The notes: a model not told the origin generated them from the letters alone. A DNA stretch of 64,000 nucleotides from an uncultured Acidimicrobiia bacterium (GCA_963791795.1 CAWBTP010000015.1:42822-106821), one strand, 5' to 3'. Shown: positions 48,539-57,375, counted from the stretch's first letter. Numbers and translations are program-made.

Positions 48539-48685
48539 TCAGACTGCTCGGCGACCACTAATGAGGTTTACAAGAAATACTACGAGTGCGATCACTAGCA
48601 ATGCGTGGATGACGTTCCCTCCAATTTGCATCGAGAAACCGAGCACCCACAGCAACAGCAGTATGCCGATGATTGTGTATAGCAT
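48539..48685 (-). CDS. lmo0937-family small membrane protein (48 aa), missed by the ORF track
   Basis: GAAAAGGAGAAGAAAACGC-ATG. Encodes MLYTIIGILLLLWVLGFSMQIGGNVIHALLVIALVVFLVNLISGRRAV, the characteristic two-helix small protein. A hairpin GGCGCGT-GGGAATG-ACGCGCC lies downstream at 48458-48478. Confidence 0.55.
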   Translation of the reverse strand: MLYTIIGILLLLWVLGFSMQIGGNVIHALLVIALVVFLVNLISGRRAV

Positions 48686-49053
48686 GCGTTTTCTTCTCCT
48701 TTTCTTCTGCGTTCACGGATCACGGGTGAGCCTGACGCACGATCCGTTTGCAAAGCGCTCCTTCCGCCAAGATGCACTTGCAGCTCCACGAGTCGTCGCC
48801 ACTTCACGCTTGGGAATCTCACTCAGATTGATCGTCACAGGGATTCAGACGTGCCGCTGTTCCAAATTGCACGCAGGGCGCCAACGGCGCCGAACGAGCG
48901 ACAGAGGTCGATTCGGCGCGAGAGCAATATTGAACAGCCCATGGACGAAGCAGGCTCAATGATGGGTGCTTGACTTCGGTTGAGATTACAGCAGGCGGGC
49001 CTGTGCTCTCGTCCAATGAATGCTCGCTCACTCTGAAAGGATGGTGCGATACC

Positions 49054-49461
49054 ATGATGCGAATACTTCACTTGTCAACCCTGTTCCTGGTCTCATTGGC
49101 TCTGGTGAATTGCGACATGCAGACAGGCCGGGTCGAGAAGAAGCCGGAAGCGACTGCCGATGCCGACAACACAGCCCGCAACGAACGCGACCGCAACGCC
49201 GCGACACAGCTCCCCACCGATCAAGCTGAGAACGACGCCGACCGGGAAGTTTCAGCCAACGTTCGCAAGGCCATAGTGGGTGACGACTCACTGTCGCTCA
49301 ACGCTCAGAACGTCAAGATTGTCACCTCAAACGGAAACGTCACGCTGCGGGGTCCCGTAAAAACAGAACGGGAGAAGGAAGCCATAGAAGCTAAAGCAAA
49401 GCAAGTGGCGGGAGTCCACCGCGTAACAAACCTGCTCGAAGTGGAAGCGAAGCCTTATTGA
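49054..49461 (+). CDS. BON-domain lipoprotein
   Basis: MMRILHLSTLFLVSLALVNC lipobox. C-terminal ..NVRKAIVGDDSLSLNAQNVKIVTSNGNVTLRGPVKTEREKEAIEAKAKQVAGVHRVTNLLEV BON domain. The upstream part of the track ORF was rejected. Confidence 0.7.
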   Translation: MMRILHLSTLFLVSLALVNCDMQTGRVEKKPEATADADNTARNERDRNAATQLPTDQAENDADREVSANVRKAIVGDDSLSLNAQNVKIVTSNGNVTLRGPVKTEREKEAIEAKAKQVAGVHRVTNLLEVEAKPY

Positions 49462-49512
49462 TGTTTGCAAATTGTAGTGATAGTTGTTGTGTTTTTCTTC
49501 GATTGAGGCTAG

Positions 49513-49574
49513 CCCTCACCCCCGATCCCCTCTCCCATTGGGGAGAGGGGCGGCGCCGAAGGCGGGGTGAGGGG
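49513..49574. repeat. REP-like nested palindrome
   Basis: CCCTCACCCCC-GAT-CCCCTCTCCC-ATTG-GGGAGAGGGG-CGGCGCCGAAGGC-GGGGTGAGGGG, in the convergent gap between the BON lipoprotein and the peroxidase gene. Followed by a second palindrome (AGGGACGCG 49621-49629 / CGCGTCCCT 49669-49677). Confidence 0.5.
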
Positions 49575-49751
49575 TCTTGTCACTATACTCGGCAATCATT
49601 GATAATTCAGGGGTCCCGGTAGGGACGCGGTGCTCCGCATCCGTTTCAGCGTCGCGGACGCGCTGCAGCGCGTCCCTAACAAACTCCGCGCTAGCATTTC
49701 CACTGTTCTTCAAGAGCCGCTGGCGACAGCGGCTCCGTTAACCCGCTCCCT

Positions 49752-51150
49752 TTACAACACCCTCAGAAATGCCAATAGATCAGCCTTCTCAGAAGAGGAG
49801 AGCCGGGTCTCGAGAATCAGGTTGAAGAATTCGACGGTATCGTCAAGAGTCAGCAAGCGTCCATCGTGCAGGTAGGGAGGCGATTCCTTGATCCCTCGAA
49901 GTGGAAAGGTTTTTATAGGTCCATCTGCATTGGCCATACGACCGTTGACGAGCCGCGGCTTGTAGAATCGCTCGGCGCGCAAATTGTGCATCAGGTTATC
50001 CGTATAGTACGGGGCGGGGTGGCAGGTCCCACATTTTGCCTTGCCAAAGAATAATGCCTCTCCGCGCTGCTCCTCCGGCGTGGCTTTCCTGGGGCTCAGC
50101 CTGCCATCGATACCCAGTTTGGGAGCCGGCGGAAAATCCATCAATTCTTGAAACTCGGCCATGAAATGCACCTGGCTCCCACGGTCGAGAGGATTCACAC
50201 CCTTCTTGGTCGCGATCACCGGATCTCCGTCGAAATAGGCAGCGCGCTGCTCGAATTCCGTAAAATCCTCAACACTCTTCAATGCCCGTTGCGACCCAAA
50301 AAGGCGTTGGATATTGACGCCCCGCAAGGATGGCGTATCAATGCGATGGCGAAACTCCTGCGGACGGACGTCGCCGGCCAGATGGGTAGCCGCATTGGTG
50401 TGTCCATTGGCATGACAGTCAAAGCAGACCACTCCCCGGCTAGGCTTCTCGGAGCGTCGATCCTGGGTCTGGTTGAACTGCTGCTGTGGGAAAGCCGTGA
50501 CAAGAAGCCGCAAACCTTCAAGCTGCTTCGGATTCAGAATGCCATTGAACAACTCAAAGAAGTTGTCCAGCGTCACCAGCTTCCCTTTGGACACGTCTCC
50601 AAGATCCGGACGCGTCGTAAGAAAAATTGGCGGAGGGAATTCCGGAAGGAAATGATCAGGAAGATCAAAATCCAGATCGAAACGAGTCAGGTCCCGCTCT
50701 TCCTGTTTCTTGATCTCATCAATGTGAAACTTCGGAAAAAGCATTCCCCCTTCGGGATGGTTGGGATGTGGCAGACCAAGGAAACCGCTGGGAAACAGAT
50801 TCTTCTCGCGGATCTCCTCCGGAGTCGCCTGGCTCAACGAATCCCATGTCGTCCCGGCAGTCAGCTTGGCTCGAACGCCTTTTTGGATGGGTTTTCCTCG
50901 AAACATGGTCACTTGTGATTCAGCCTGGTTGCTAAGAATGTATCGCTCTTCAAGCAAAGCCAGATGCCGCTTGGCTAACTCGGGCTTGGCCCGTTTCATC
51001 TCGGCCATGACGGTGGCGAAATCCTTTTCGATGGCTACAGGCGCGTAGCTCGACTTCTTTGGAACTGGTCTCCTGGCTGAGCACCATGCCAGCAGTGAGA
51101 CCCAACACCAAACCCATTCCCCATTGGACTCGCTTGCTATTCCGTTTCAT
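49752..51150 (-). CDS. di-heme cytochrome c peroxidase (CCP/MauG family), apparent frameshift between signal peptide and mature domain
   Basis: CFDCH and CGTCH heme motifs, C-terminal ..PPYLHDGRLLTLDDTVEFF CCP signature. The only start/signal peptide (MKRNSKRVQWGMGLVLGLTAGMVLSQ, ATG 51150 overlapping the upstream gene's TGA as ATGA) is in the +1 frame. The frames are reconciled by removing one A from the AAA run at 51058-51060 (..QETSSKKSSYAPVAIEKDF..). Confidence 0.65.
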
Positions 51151-51896
51151 ATCGACCTCTGCTTGATCTCGTCGCTGGGTCCACCAATTTCCATCATCTG
51201 TTTGAAGCGCCACAAATCGTCTCGAAGCTGCTGCGCCGGATCCTCTCCGAGAAGCTTTGCGATCTCCAGGCCGAAGCGGCCGAATGGCGGCTCGAAGCTC
51301 ATGGTCAGCTTTACCTCCGTCCTTCCATCGGGGAGCCTTCGAAAATGAACCGAGCCTGCGTTGTTGATGTCCGCCCCTTCCAGCGAGCGCCAGGCGATAA
51401 GCTCGTTCTCGATTTCGTTGTGGATTTCCGCATCCCATTCCACGGTCTTGCCAGCGGGTGCTCTCACGACCCAGTGCGACCGGCCATCATTCAGAATCCT
51501 CACTGATTCGAGATTTCTCATGAAACTGGGCAAGTTTTCGAGGTTGCGCCAGAAGCGATACAAATCTTCAGGCGAACGGTCGATAGCGAGCGCGTGCTCA
51601 ACTTTGACTCCTTCGCCATGGTGAACACTCGTGACGCCGTTCTCACGTTCTTCTGCCGTATTCACGTTCAATGCCTTATAGAGCTGACACTCACCGGTAA
51701 CGGCCCGATGCAATAGACCTCCGCCGGCGGCCATCAGTAACACACGATTCCAGGAATGCTGGGTGGCTCCATAGGCCAGCAAGGCTCCACCTCCCACTGC
51801 CGAAACCCATCGCTCCGGTGTTGAGACGTTGACGTTCGACGACCGCGCTTGACTACGGCCACGGATTTCCTGAGCAAATGCACCTTCAATAGCCAT
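51147..51896 (-). CDS. SRPBCC (START/Bet v1-like polyketide-cyclase fold) protein with N-terminal DUF2892-like membrane segment
   Basis: N-terminal ..WVSAVGGGALLAYGATQHSWNRVLLMAAGGGLLHRAVTGECQLYKAL (DUF2892-like) followed by an SRPBCC-type domain. Stop TGA overlaps the peroxidase ATG. Confidence 0.7.
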   Translation of the reverse strand: MAIEGAFAQEIRGRSQARSSNVNVSTPERWVSAVGGGALLAYGATQHSWNRVLLMAAGGGLLHRAVTGECQLYKALNVNTAEERENGVTSVHHGEGVKVEHALAIDRSPEDLYRFWRNLENLPSFMRNLESVRILNDGRSHWVVRAPAGKTVEWDAEIHNEIENELIAWRSLEGADINNAGSVHFRRLPDGRTEVKLTMSFEPPFGRFGLEIAKLLGEDPAQQLRDDLWRFKQMMEIGGPSDEIKQRSI

Positions 51897-52140
51897 TTTC
51901 TGACTCCCTTCACGATTGAGAAATTAAGACGGGTTAACGTCTGGAATTGAAGATATGCCCGAGGTGGCGCGGATTCGGTCCCATATTGATCGAAAGTCTA
52001 TGAAAGTGACTCATTTTCACCGCTCTTACTCTCGTCGCCGAAAACGCGGGCAATTCTGAACAGACTCCTCTTGGTTCCCAAAGCTACTCTGGGTTGATAT
52101 GCCACGTCTGAAGGCGAGGCATGGAAGGGAGGAAACGGAT

Positions 52141-52935
52141 ATGCCATCCATTACCGGCATCTTTTCAAGATTTGAAGACGCCAGGCAGGCCGCCGCGAAT
52201 ATCACCAGAACTGTTGGGATCCGGATTGAGCAAATGAATCTGCTGACACCTGGTGCCAGCGACGCCGAACTCGCAGCCGTTCCGCGAACGGATGCAGAGC
52301 AGCCTGGCGTCGGGAAGGCTTTCGGGGGTCTGCTGGGGGGCGCTCTGGCAGCAGCCGGGGGCATGCATTTGGGGGCAGCCGCCGCCAGTTTGATGGTTCC
52401 GGGCGTCGGCCCGGTGCTTGCACTTGGAACAGCAGCCGCGGTTCTAGCCGGGGCCGGAGGTGCCGCGGGTGGGGCGGCCTTGGGTGACTACCTGGACGAG
52501 TCTGCTACCCATGGCCTTCCGACGGACGAAATCTATCTTTATAAGGATGCCCTCAGAAAAGGTCGCAGTGTATTAATCGTCCCAGTCGACAGCGAAGAGC
52601 AGGGAGACCAAATTGGAGCAATCCTTTCGGCAGCGAGAGCCGAAAGCCTGGATGCGGCGCGTGAAAGCTGGTGGATTGGTCTACGGGACGCCGAGGAAGC
52701 GGAATACACAGGAGAAGAGGATTTTGCATCGCTGGAGAGCAACTATCGACAGGGATTCGAAGCTGCCCAACACGGGCAGCTGTCGGGAAAGCGATTTGAA
52801 GATGCCCTTCCGTTTCTCTCCAAACGCTATTCGACTGATCTTTGCAAGCAACCCAGTTTTCGCTTGGGATACGAGCGTGGACAGAAATACGCCGAACAAT
52901 GGCAGGAACGGTTCCCACCCATCGAGGCTCTCTGA
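52141..52935 (+). CDS. Gsp17M/YflT-like glycine-zipper stress protein, paralog 2
   Basis: ATG 52141 after GGGAGG. ..ITGIFSRFEDARQAAANI..IRIEQMNLL N-terminal half-domain, long Gly/Ala zipper, then ..EIYLYKDALRKGRSVLIVPVDSEEQGDQIGAILSAARAESL second half-domain. Same architecture as 30105-30776. Confidence 0.55.
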   Translation: MPSITGIFSRFEDARQAAANITRTVGIRIEQMNLLTPGASDAELAAVPRTDAEQPGVGKAFGGLLGGALAAAGGMHLGAAAASLMVPGVGPVLALGTAAAVLAGAGGAAGGAALGDYLDESATHGLPTDEIYLYKDALRKGRSVLIVPVDSEEQGDQIGAILSAARAESLDAARESWWIGLRDAEEAEYTGEEDFASLESNYRQGFEAAQHGQLSGKRFEDALPFLSKRYSTDLCKQPSFRLGYERGQKYAEQWQERFPPIEAL

Positions 52936-52948
52936 CGGGAGATCGTTC

Positions 52949-53380
52949 ATGCCAGGAAGATGCACCACTCAAAAAACGTTCACGTTCCGGAGGAATGGAG
53001 TGACTGACAGAAGAGCCGAACTTCTAAAATCGGATATCGACCTGGGCTTCACCTTTGTAGCGGTGGCTCTGACTTCCTCCTCTGCCGGCAATACGGACCG
53101 GGCCAGACAAGCTGCTAAAGACGCACAGAAGAAACTGCACGCTGCCCGGAAACAATTGGTCCATGTCGAACGCGAGCAACGGCGCGTCGCCACGGACAGG
53201 CTGAAAAAACTCGAACAAGTTCTGACCACGATTGAGAGCCAGGATCCTGGCGTCTTTTCCGGCGGGCCATCCTCTGCAAAATCCGTTCGGCAAGAGGATC
53301 TAGACGCCATGATTCCCGGCTCACGAGGACGCAAGAACGAGCATACTGTGTCGCCATCAGGCGATGGCGACGACTCTTGA
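52949..53380 (+). CDS. hypothetical protein
   Basis: ATG 52949 6 nt after GGGAGA, 13 nt past the previous stop. 143 aa, charged/helical, no recognised motifs. The portion of the track ORF overlapping the upstream gene was rejected. Confidence 0.3.
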   Translation: MPGRCTTQKTFTFRRNGVTDRRAELLKSDIDLGFTFVAVALTSSSAGNTDRARQAAKDAQKKLHAARKQLVHVEREQRRVATDRLKKLEQVLTTIESQDPGVFSGGPSSAKSVRQEDLDAMIPGSRGRKNEHTVSPSGDGDDS

Positions 53381-53428
53381 AGGCCACTTTTTATTTGGAA
53401 GTTGAGCAGTAGTAGTAAGGAGCAGCTC

Positions 53429-55183
53429 ATGAAGACTGCAGATCTGGTTTTCGACCGTTTGAAGGATTGGGGCGTTTCCATGGTGTTTGGAATGCCTGGG
53501 GACGGCATTAACGGTTTTATTGAGGCTCTGCGCGAGCGGCAAGAACATATTCGGTTCATTCAAGTGCGGCACGAAGAGGCCGCTGCGTTGATGGCTTGCG
53601 GGTATGCCAAGTACACAGGACAGCTGGGCGTTTGTCTCGCCACCTCGGGGCCAGGGGCCATTCATCTGCTGAATGGCCTCTACGATGCGAAGCTCGACGG
53701 CGCTCCGGTTCTGGCTCTGACTGGCCAGACATATCACGATCTGGTCGGCACTCATTATCAGCAGGAAGTGGATCTGCTGTCGTTGTTCAAGGATGTCTCC
53801 GTCTACAACCAACAACTGCTGAGTTCGGGCCAAGCTCAGGCTTTGGTGGATGCCGGTTGCCGCGCCGCACTGGCGTGCCGGGGCGTGGCTCATCTTTGTT
53901 GTCCGGTTGATTTACAAGAGCAGTCGCTCTCCCAAGATGAGCCTTCTGCAAAGAAGGTAGTAAACCATACCTCTTCGGCATGGACTCCTCCCATCGTCGT
54001 TCCTCAGGCTCGCGACCTTGAGGCTGCAGCTTCGCTTCTGAATTCTGGAAAGAAAACGGTAATCCTGGCGGGGCAAGGAGCACTGCAAGCCGGAGATGAA
54101 GTAGAGCGGTGTGCTGACCTGCTGGCAGCTCCGATCGTGAAACCCCTCCTAGGTAAAGCTGTGGTTCCGGACGATTCCCCTTACACCACCGGCGGCATCG
54201 GCCTTCTAGGAACTTTGCCCTCAGAGCTTGCGATGGAAGAGTGCGACAGTTTGCTGATGGTCGGCACCAGTTTCCCATACTTGGAATACTATCCGCGTTC
54301 CGATCAAGCCCACGCTGTTCAGATCGATTCCGATCCAACTCGCATCGGGCTGCGCTTCCCTGTCGACATCGGCTTGACTGGCGACGCCAAAGCCACTCTG
54401 AGAACTCTGCTGCCGAAACTCCAGCGCCGCACCGACCGGTCGTTCTTGGAGAAAGCCCAATCCCGCATGAAGGACTGGGACGAATTGATGCAAGCCCGGG
54501 AAACCCGTGACGATGTGCCCCTCAAACCACAGGTGGTCGCTCATCATCTGAATGAACTTCTTGCGAAAGACGCCATTATCAGCACCGACGCCGGAACCGT
54601 GACGACCTGGGTCGCACGCCATATCAAGATCCAGCGCGGACAGCAATTTTCCTGCTCGGGCACCCTCGCGACCATGGGCGCAGGACTGCCTTACGCGATC
54701 GCTGCCAGCCTCGCATTCCCCGCGCGGCAGTGTGTCGCCTTCGTGGGTGACGGCGGCTTCAGCATGCTCATGGCCGACTTTGCTACCGCAGTCAAATACG
54801 GGTTGCCAATCACGGTCGTCGTCATCAAGAACAACACACTGGGAATGATCAAGTGGGAGCAAATGGTATTTCTTGGGAATCCGGAATACGGTGTGGAGTT
54901 GCATCCAATCGACTTTGTTCAATTCGCCCAGGCGTGTGGTGGTGTGGGCTTTCGTTGTGAAACACCGGATCAGGTAAGGCCTGCGCTCCAAAACGCCCTC
55001 AACTCAAGAGTGCCTTCCATCGTAGAGGCTGTCGTCGATCCTTTTGAACCCCCCATGCCGGCACGGGTTTCTCCCAAGCAGGCATTGCATATGGCCGAGT
55101 CTTTGGCCAAAGGTCAGCCAAACCGCGGGCGCATTGCGTTGACCCTGTTCCGCAACAAGGTGAGCGACTTTAAAGGAAAGTGA
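53429..55183 (+). CDS. thiamine-diphosphate-dependent pyruvate oxidase/pyruvate:quinone oxidoreductase family enzyme (PoxB-like)
   Basis: ATG 53429 6 nt after AAGGAG. ..GVSMVFGMPGDGINGFIEAL..ACGYAKYTGQLGVCLATSGPGAIHLLNGLYDAK.. Pyr domain, central FAD-type domain and C-terminal TPP motif GDGGFSM..N. Confidence 0.85.
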   Translation: MKTADLVFDRLKDWGVSMVFGMPGDGINGFIEALRERQEHIRFIQVRHEEAAALMACGYAKYTGQLGVCLATSGPGAIHLLNGLYDAKLDGAPVLALTGQTYHDLVGTHYQQEVDLLSLFKDVSVYNQQLLSSGQAQALVDAGCRAALACRGVAHLCCPVDLQEQSLSQDEPSAKKVVNHTSSAWTPPIVVPQARDLEAAASLLNSGKKTVILAGQGALQAGDEVERCADLLAAPIVKPLLGKAVVPDDSPYTTGGIGLLGTLPSELAMEECDSLLMVGTSFPYLEYYPRSDQAHAVQIDSDPTRIGLRFPVDIGLTGDAKATLRTLLPKLQRRTDRSFLEKAQSRMKDWDELMQARETRDDVPLKPQVVAHHLNELLAKDAIISTDAGTVTTWVARHIKIQRGQQFSCSGTLATMGAGLPYAIAASLAFPARQCVAFVGDGGFSMLMADFATAVKYGLPITVVVIKNNTLGMIKWEQMVFLGNPEYGVELHPIDFVQFAQACGGVGFRCETPDQVRPALQNALNSRVPSIVEAVVDPFEPPMPARVSPKQALHMAESLAKGQPNRGRIALTLFRNKVSDFKGK

Positions 55184-55377
55184 TCGGCAGAGCGAGTGTC
55201 ACCTGGTCCGAAGCCACTTTCACCTTCCCTCCCCAGAGTCAGTTTGGAGAAGCGTCACGATGGTTCGTAGGGCTCGGTACTTAGGAAATTTGGAGTGCCG
55301 CGATGTCAGGCCCCGACGGTATGCACCATGCTTGGCAGGCCGGAAGCTCTGATGCAGTCACCAATCGGGCGCATCGG

Positions 55378-55464
55378 CTCCCCTCTCCCCCAGCGCGGGA
55401 GAGGGGCTGGGGGGTGAGGGGGCGTCCTCACCCGAGCTCACCGACGAGGGGGCGTCCTCACCCT
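55378..55464. repeat. REP-like element cluster
   Basis: CCCCTCTCCC-CCAGCGC-GGGAGAGGGG-CTG-GGGGGTGAGGGGG-CGTCCTCACCC..GAGGGGGCGTCCTCACCC. Confidence 0.45.
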
Positions 55465-55553
55465 TTAGCGTTACCGACGAAGCTCCTTCAACCGAATTTG
55501 CTCCAGCTCGGCGACGTACTCTTGAATCCTTCTCACAAACTCCATCGGTGCCT

Positions 55554-55868
55554 TCAGCACATCCCATTCGGGAATCGCAGTACTCGATACCCTCTTCTTT
55601 CCAATTCCCGATCGCGTTGCCGATCCCTCTTGGCCCGAGATTCGTAACCATGTCCGGCATCATCGAGTTCAACAATCAGTTTCAAGGACAAGCAACAGAA
55701 ATCCACGATCGCATTGCCCACGGGCAGTTGGCGGCGAAACTTATAGCTAAGCAACTGACGATTGCGGAGAAGCCTCCAGGCGAGCTTCTCCGTAAGGGTA
55801 TCGGAGTGACGGAGTTCTCGAGCACGAGAGGTTAGCGAGGAGCTATCGGTTTTGTCTGAGCGTGGCAT
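55554..55868 (-). CDS. DUF559 (Vsr-like endonuclease fold) domain protein
   Basis: ATG 55868. ..ARELRHSDTLTEKLAWRLLRNRQLLSYKFRRQLPVGNAIVDFCCLSLKLIVELDDAGHGYESRAKRDRQRDRELERRGYRVLRF matches the DUF559 consensus. The track ORF's N-terminal extension is read-through of the REP-containing tandem repeat. Confidence 0.7.
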   Translation of the reverse strand: MPRSDKTDSSSLTSRARELRHSDTLTEKLAWRLLRNRQLLSYKFRRQLPVGNAIVDFCCLSLKLIVELDDAGHGYESRAKRDRQRDRELERRGYRVLRFPNGMC

Positions 55869-55870
55869 CC

Positions 55871-56150
55871 CGGTGTCCCCCTCACCCCCAACCCCTCTCC
55901 CGCGCTGGGGAGAGGGGAGCCGAGGCTTCGAAAGAATGCAGTTTGGTTCGGCAGAGATCAAGTTATCGAAAGTCGATGCGTCTTTCCCTCGGTGTCCCCC
56001 AACCCCTCTCCCACGCTGGGGAGAGGGGAGCCGAAGATTGAAAAGAATGCAGTCCGGTTCGGCAGCGAGATCAAGCTAGTGAAAGTCGATGCGTCTTGCC
56101 TCGGTGTTTTCCCAACCCCCGTGCTGGGGGAGAGGGGAACAAGTTCACTG
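55871..56150. repeat. 2.5-copy tandem repeat of a ~112-119-bp unit, each unit carrying a REP-like palindrome
   Basis: Unit: CGGTGTCCCCC(TCACCCCCA)ACCCCTCTCCC(G/A)CGCTGGGGAGAGGGGAGCCGA(G/A).. ..GAATGCAGT..GGTTCGGCAG.GAGATCAAG.TA..GAAAGTCGATGCGTCTT.CCT. Units start at 55871 and 55990; a truncated unit starts at 56100-56150. About 85% identity between units. Confidence 0.6.
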
Positions 56151-56299
56151 TATTTTGTGCGCTGATTGAGCAAATCGGAACAGTCTCGATGCTGGGACGC
56201 ACGCATTATCGCGGCGCCGGTAACAAGGTGAACAGCTACTCAAGTTGTCATGACGGCGTCAACAATCAACCCAACCCCAAAAGAATGGAGAGAAATCGC

Positions 56300-56866
56300 A
56301 TGCAACTCGCAAGCCTGCAAGAGCTATTCACGAATGAGCTCAAAGACCTCTACGATGCTGAGAAACAGATTCTGAAAGAGCTGCCGAAGATGGTGGATGC
56401 CGCATCTTCTCCGAAGCTGCAAAAAGGCTTTCAGCAACATCTGGAACAAACCAGGAAACACGTGGAGCGCCTGGACCAGATTTTTCAAGACCGCCGGGTG
56501 ACTGGAAGCCGCAAGAAATGCAAAGGGATTGAAGGCATTCTGGAGGAAGGAGGCGAACTATTGAAACGAGACATTGATCCTGACGTGCTGGACGCAGGGC
56601 TGATCGCAGCGGCACAAAAAGTGGAACACTACGAAATCGCCAGCTATGGCTCGGTGCGAACCTACGCCGAGCTGTTGGGAGACGAACGGGCAGCTTCGTT
56701 GCTCGGTCAGACTCTGCAGGAAGAGAAGGCCACCGACGCGAAGCTTTCGGAACTGGCTCGCAACGAGGTCAATCTGGAGGCAGCCCACGCCGGCGCAGGG
56801 GACGATGGCATAACGGATGCGCGGAGGTCCACGTCACGGCGTTCCGCACGAACGGCGAAAAAGTGA
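56300..56866 (+). CDS. DUF892 (YciE/YciF-like ferritin-fold) protein
   Basis: ATG 56300 after GGAGAG. MQLASLQELFTNELKDLYDAEKQILKELPKM..QQHLEQTRKHVERLDQIF..HYEIASYG matches the DUF892 consensus. The upstream part of the track ORF is repeat DNA. Confidence 0.8.
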   Translation: MQLASLQELFTNELKDLYDAEKQILKELPKMVDAASSPKLQKGFQQHLEQTRKHVERLDQIFQDRRVTGSRKKCKGIEGILEEGGELLKRDIDPDVLDAGLIAAAQKVEHYEIASYGSVRTYAELLGDERAASLLGQTLQEEKATDAKLSELARNEVNLEAAHAGAGDDGITDARRSTSRRSARTAKK

Positions 56867-56914
56867 TCCTGAGGGGCCCGGCAGTCACAGCGTGACCGTG
56901 GGTGCAGGGCCCCT

Positions 56915-57148
56915 CTAGCTCGCCACGCGTCGCGTGCCCACCCAGCCTGTGCCCAGACAAGTCTCGCAATCCTGCGCGCTGTTGCTCGGTTGGACTGAAG
57001 GGACTCGTCCGCTCCCCTTGCAACGCGGGCAGGCTCCAGTAGGCAACAGTACCATTACCGTGCCAGTCCCGTCGCAACTAGAGCAGAGCGCCTGGCCCAC
57101 CGTTCCCTTACCCGCACACAGCCGACACAATTGCTTTACGCTTTGCAT
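56915..57148 (-). CDS. small zinc-finger protein with four CxxCxGxG repeats, paralog B
   Basis: 77 aa: CRLCAGKG, CSSCDGTG, CPRCKGSG, CETCLGTGWV. Homologous to 47974-48228. Confidence 0.5.
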   Translation of the reverse strand: MQSVKQLCRLCAGKGTVGQALCSSCDGTGTVMVLLPTGACPRCKGSGRVPSVQPSNSAQDCETCLGTGWVGTRRVAS

Positions 57149-57323
57149 GGCTTCCCCAAAGAGTTTCGCTCAGCATTCAGAGTCGCAACCATGCCACTTG
57201 CGCAGGGATGTGGGCAATCAGGGAAAGCCCCGGTCCTCTCTAAGGGTATCTGCTCAGTTGAAAGAGGTCTGTGTCTGCCGTTCTAAAAAGGGCGACCTTG
57301 CATGATCGTCTCCGTTGCGGCTA

Positions 57324-57375
57324 CCCCCTCACCGCCAGCCCCTCTCCCAATGGGAGAGGGTGGCCGAAGGTGAAG
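57324..57375. repeat. REP-like element
   Basis: CCCCCTCACC-GCCAG-CCCCTCTCCC-AAT-GGGAGAGGG-TGGCCGAAGGTGAAG. Confidence 0.45.

Noticed and set aside
48561-48962. 133-aa + strand and 75-aa minus-strand ORFs
   Set aside because: No RBS or motifs. The real gene here is the 48-aa lmo0937-family ORF on the minus strand at 48539-48685.
52613-52947. 5' portion of the 255-aa + strand ORF
   Set aside because: It overlaps the Gsp-like gene in another frame. Only the part after the RBS-preceded ATG at 52949 was retained, at low confidence.
55871-56150. Tandem repeat array considered as a possible CRISPR
   Set aside because: Units are ~112 bp, only 2.5 copies, and the entire unit is repeated at ~85% identity. 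There are no conserved short repeats with unique spacers and no cas genes nearby.
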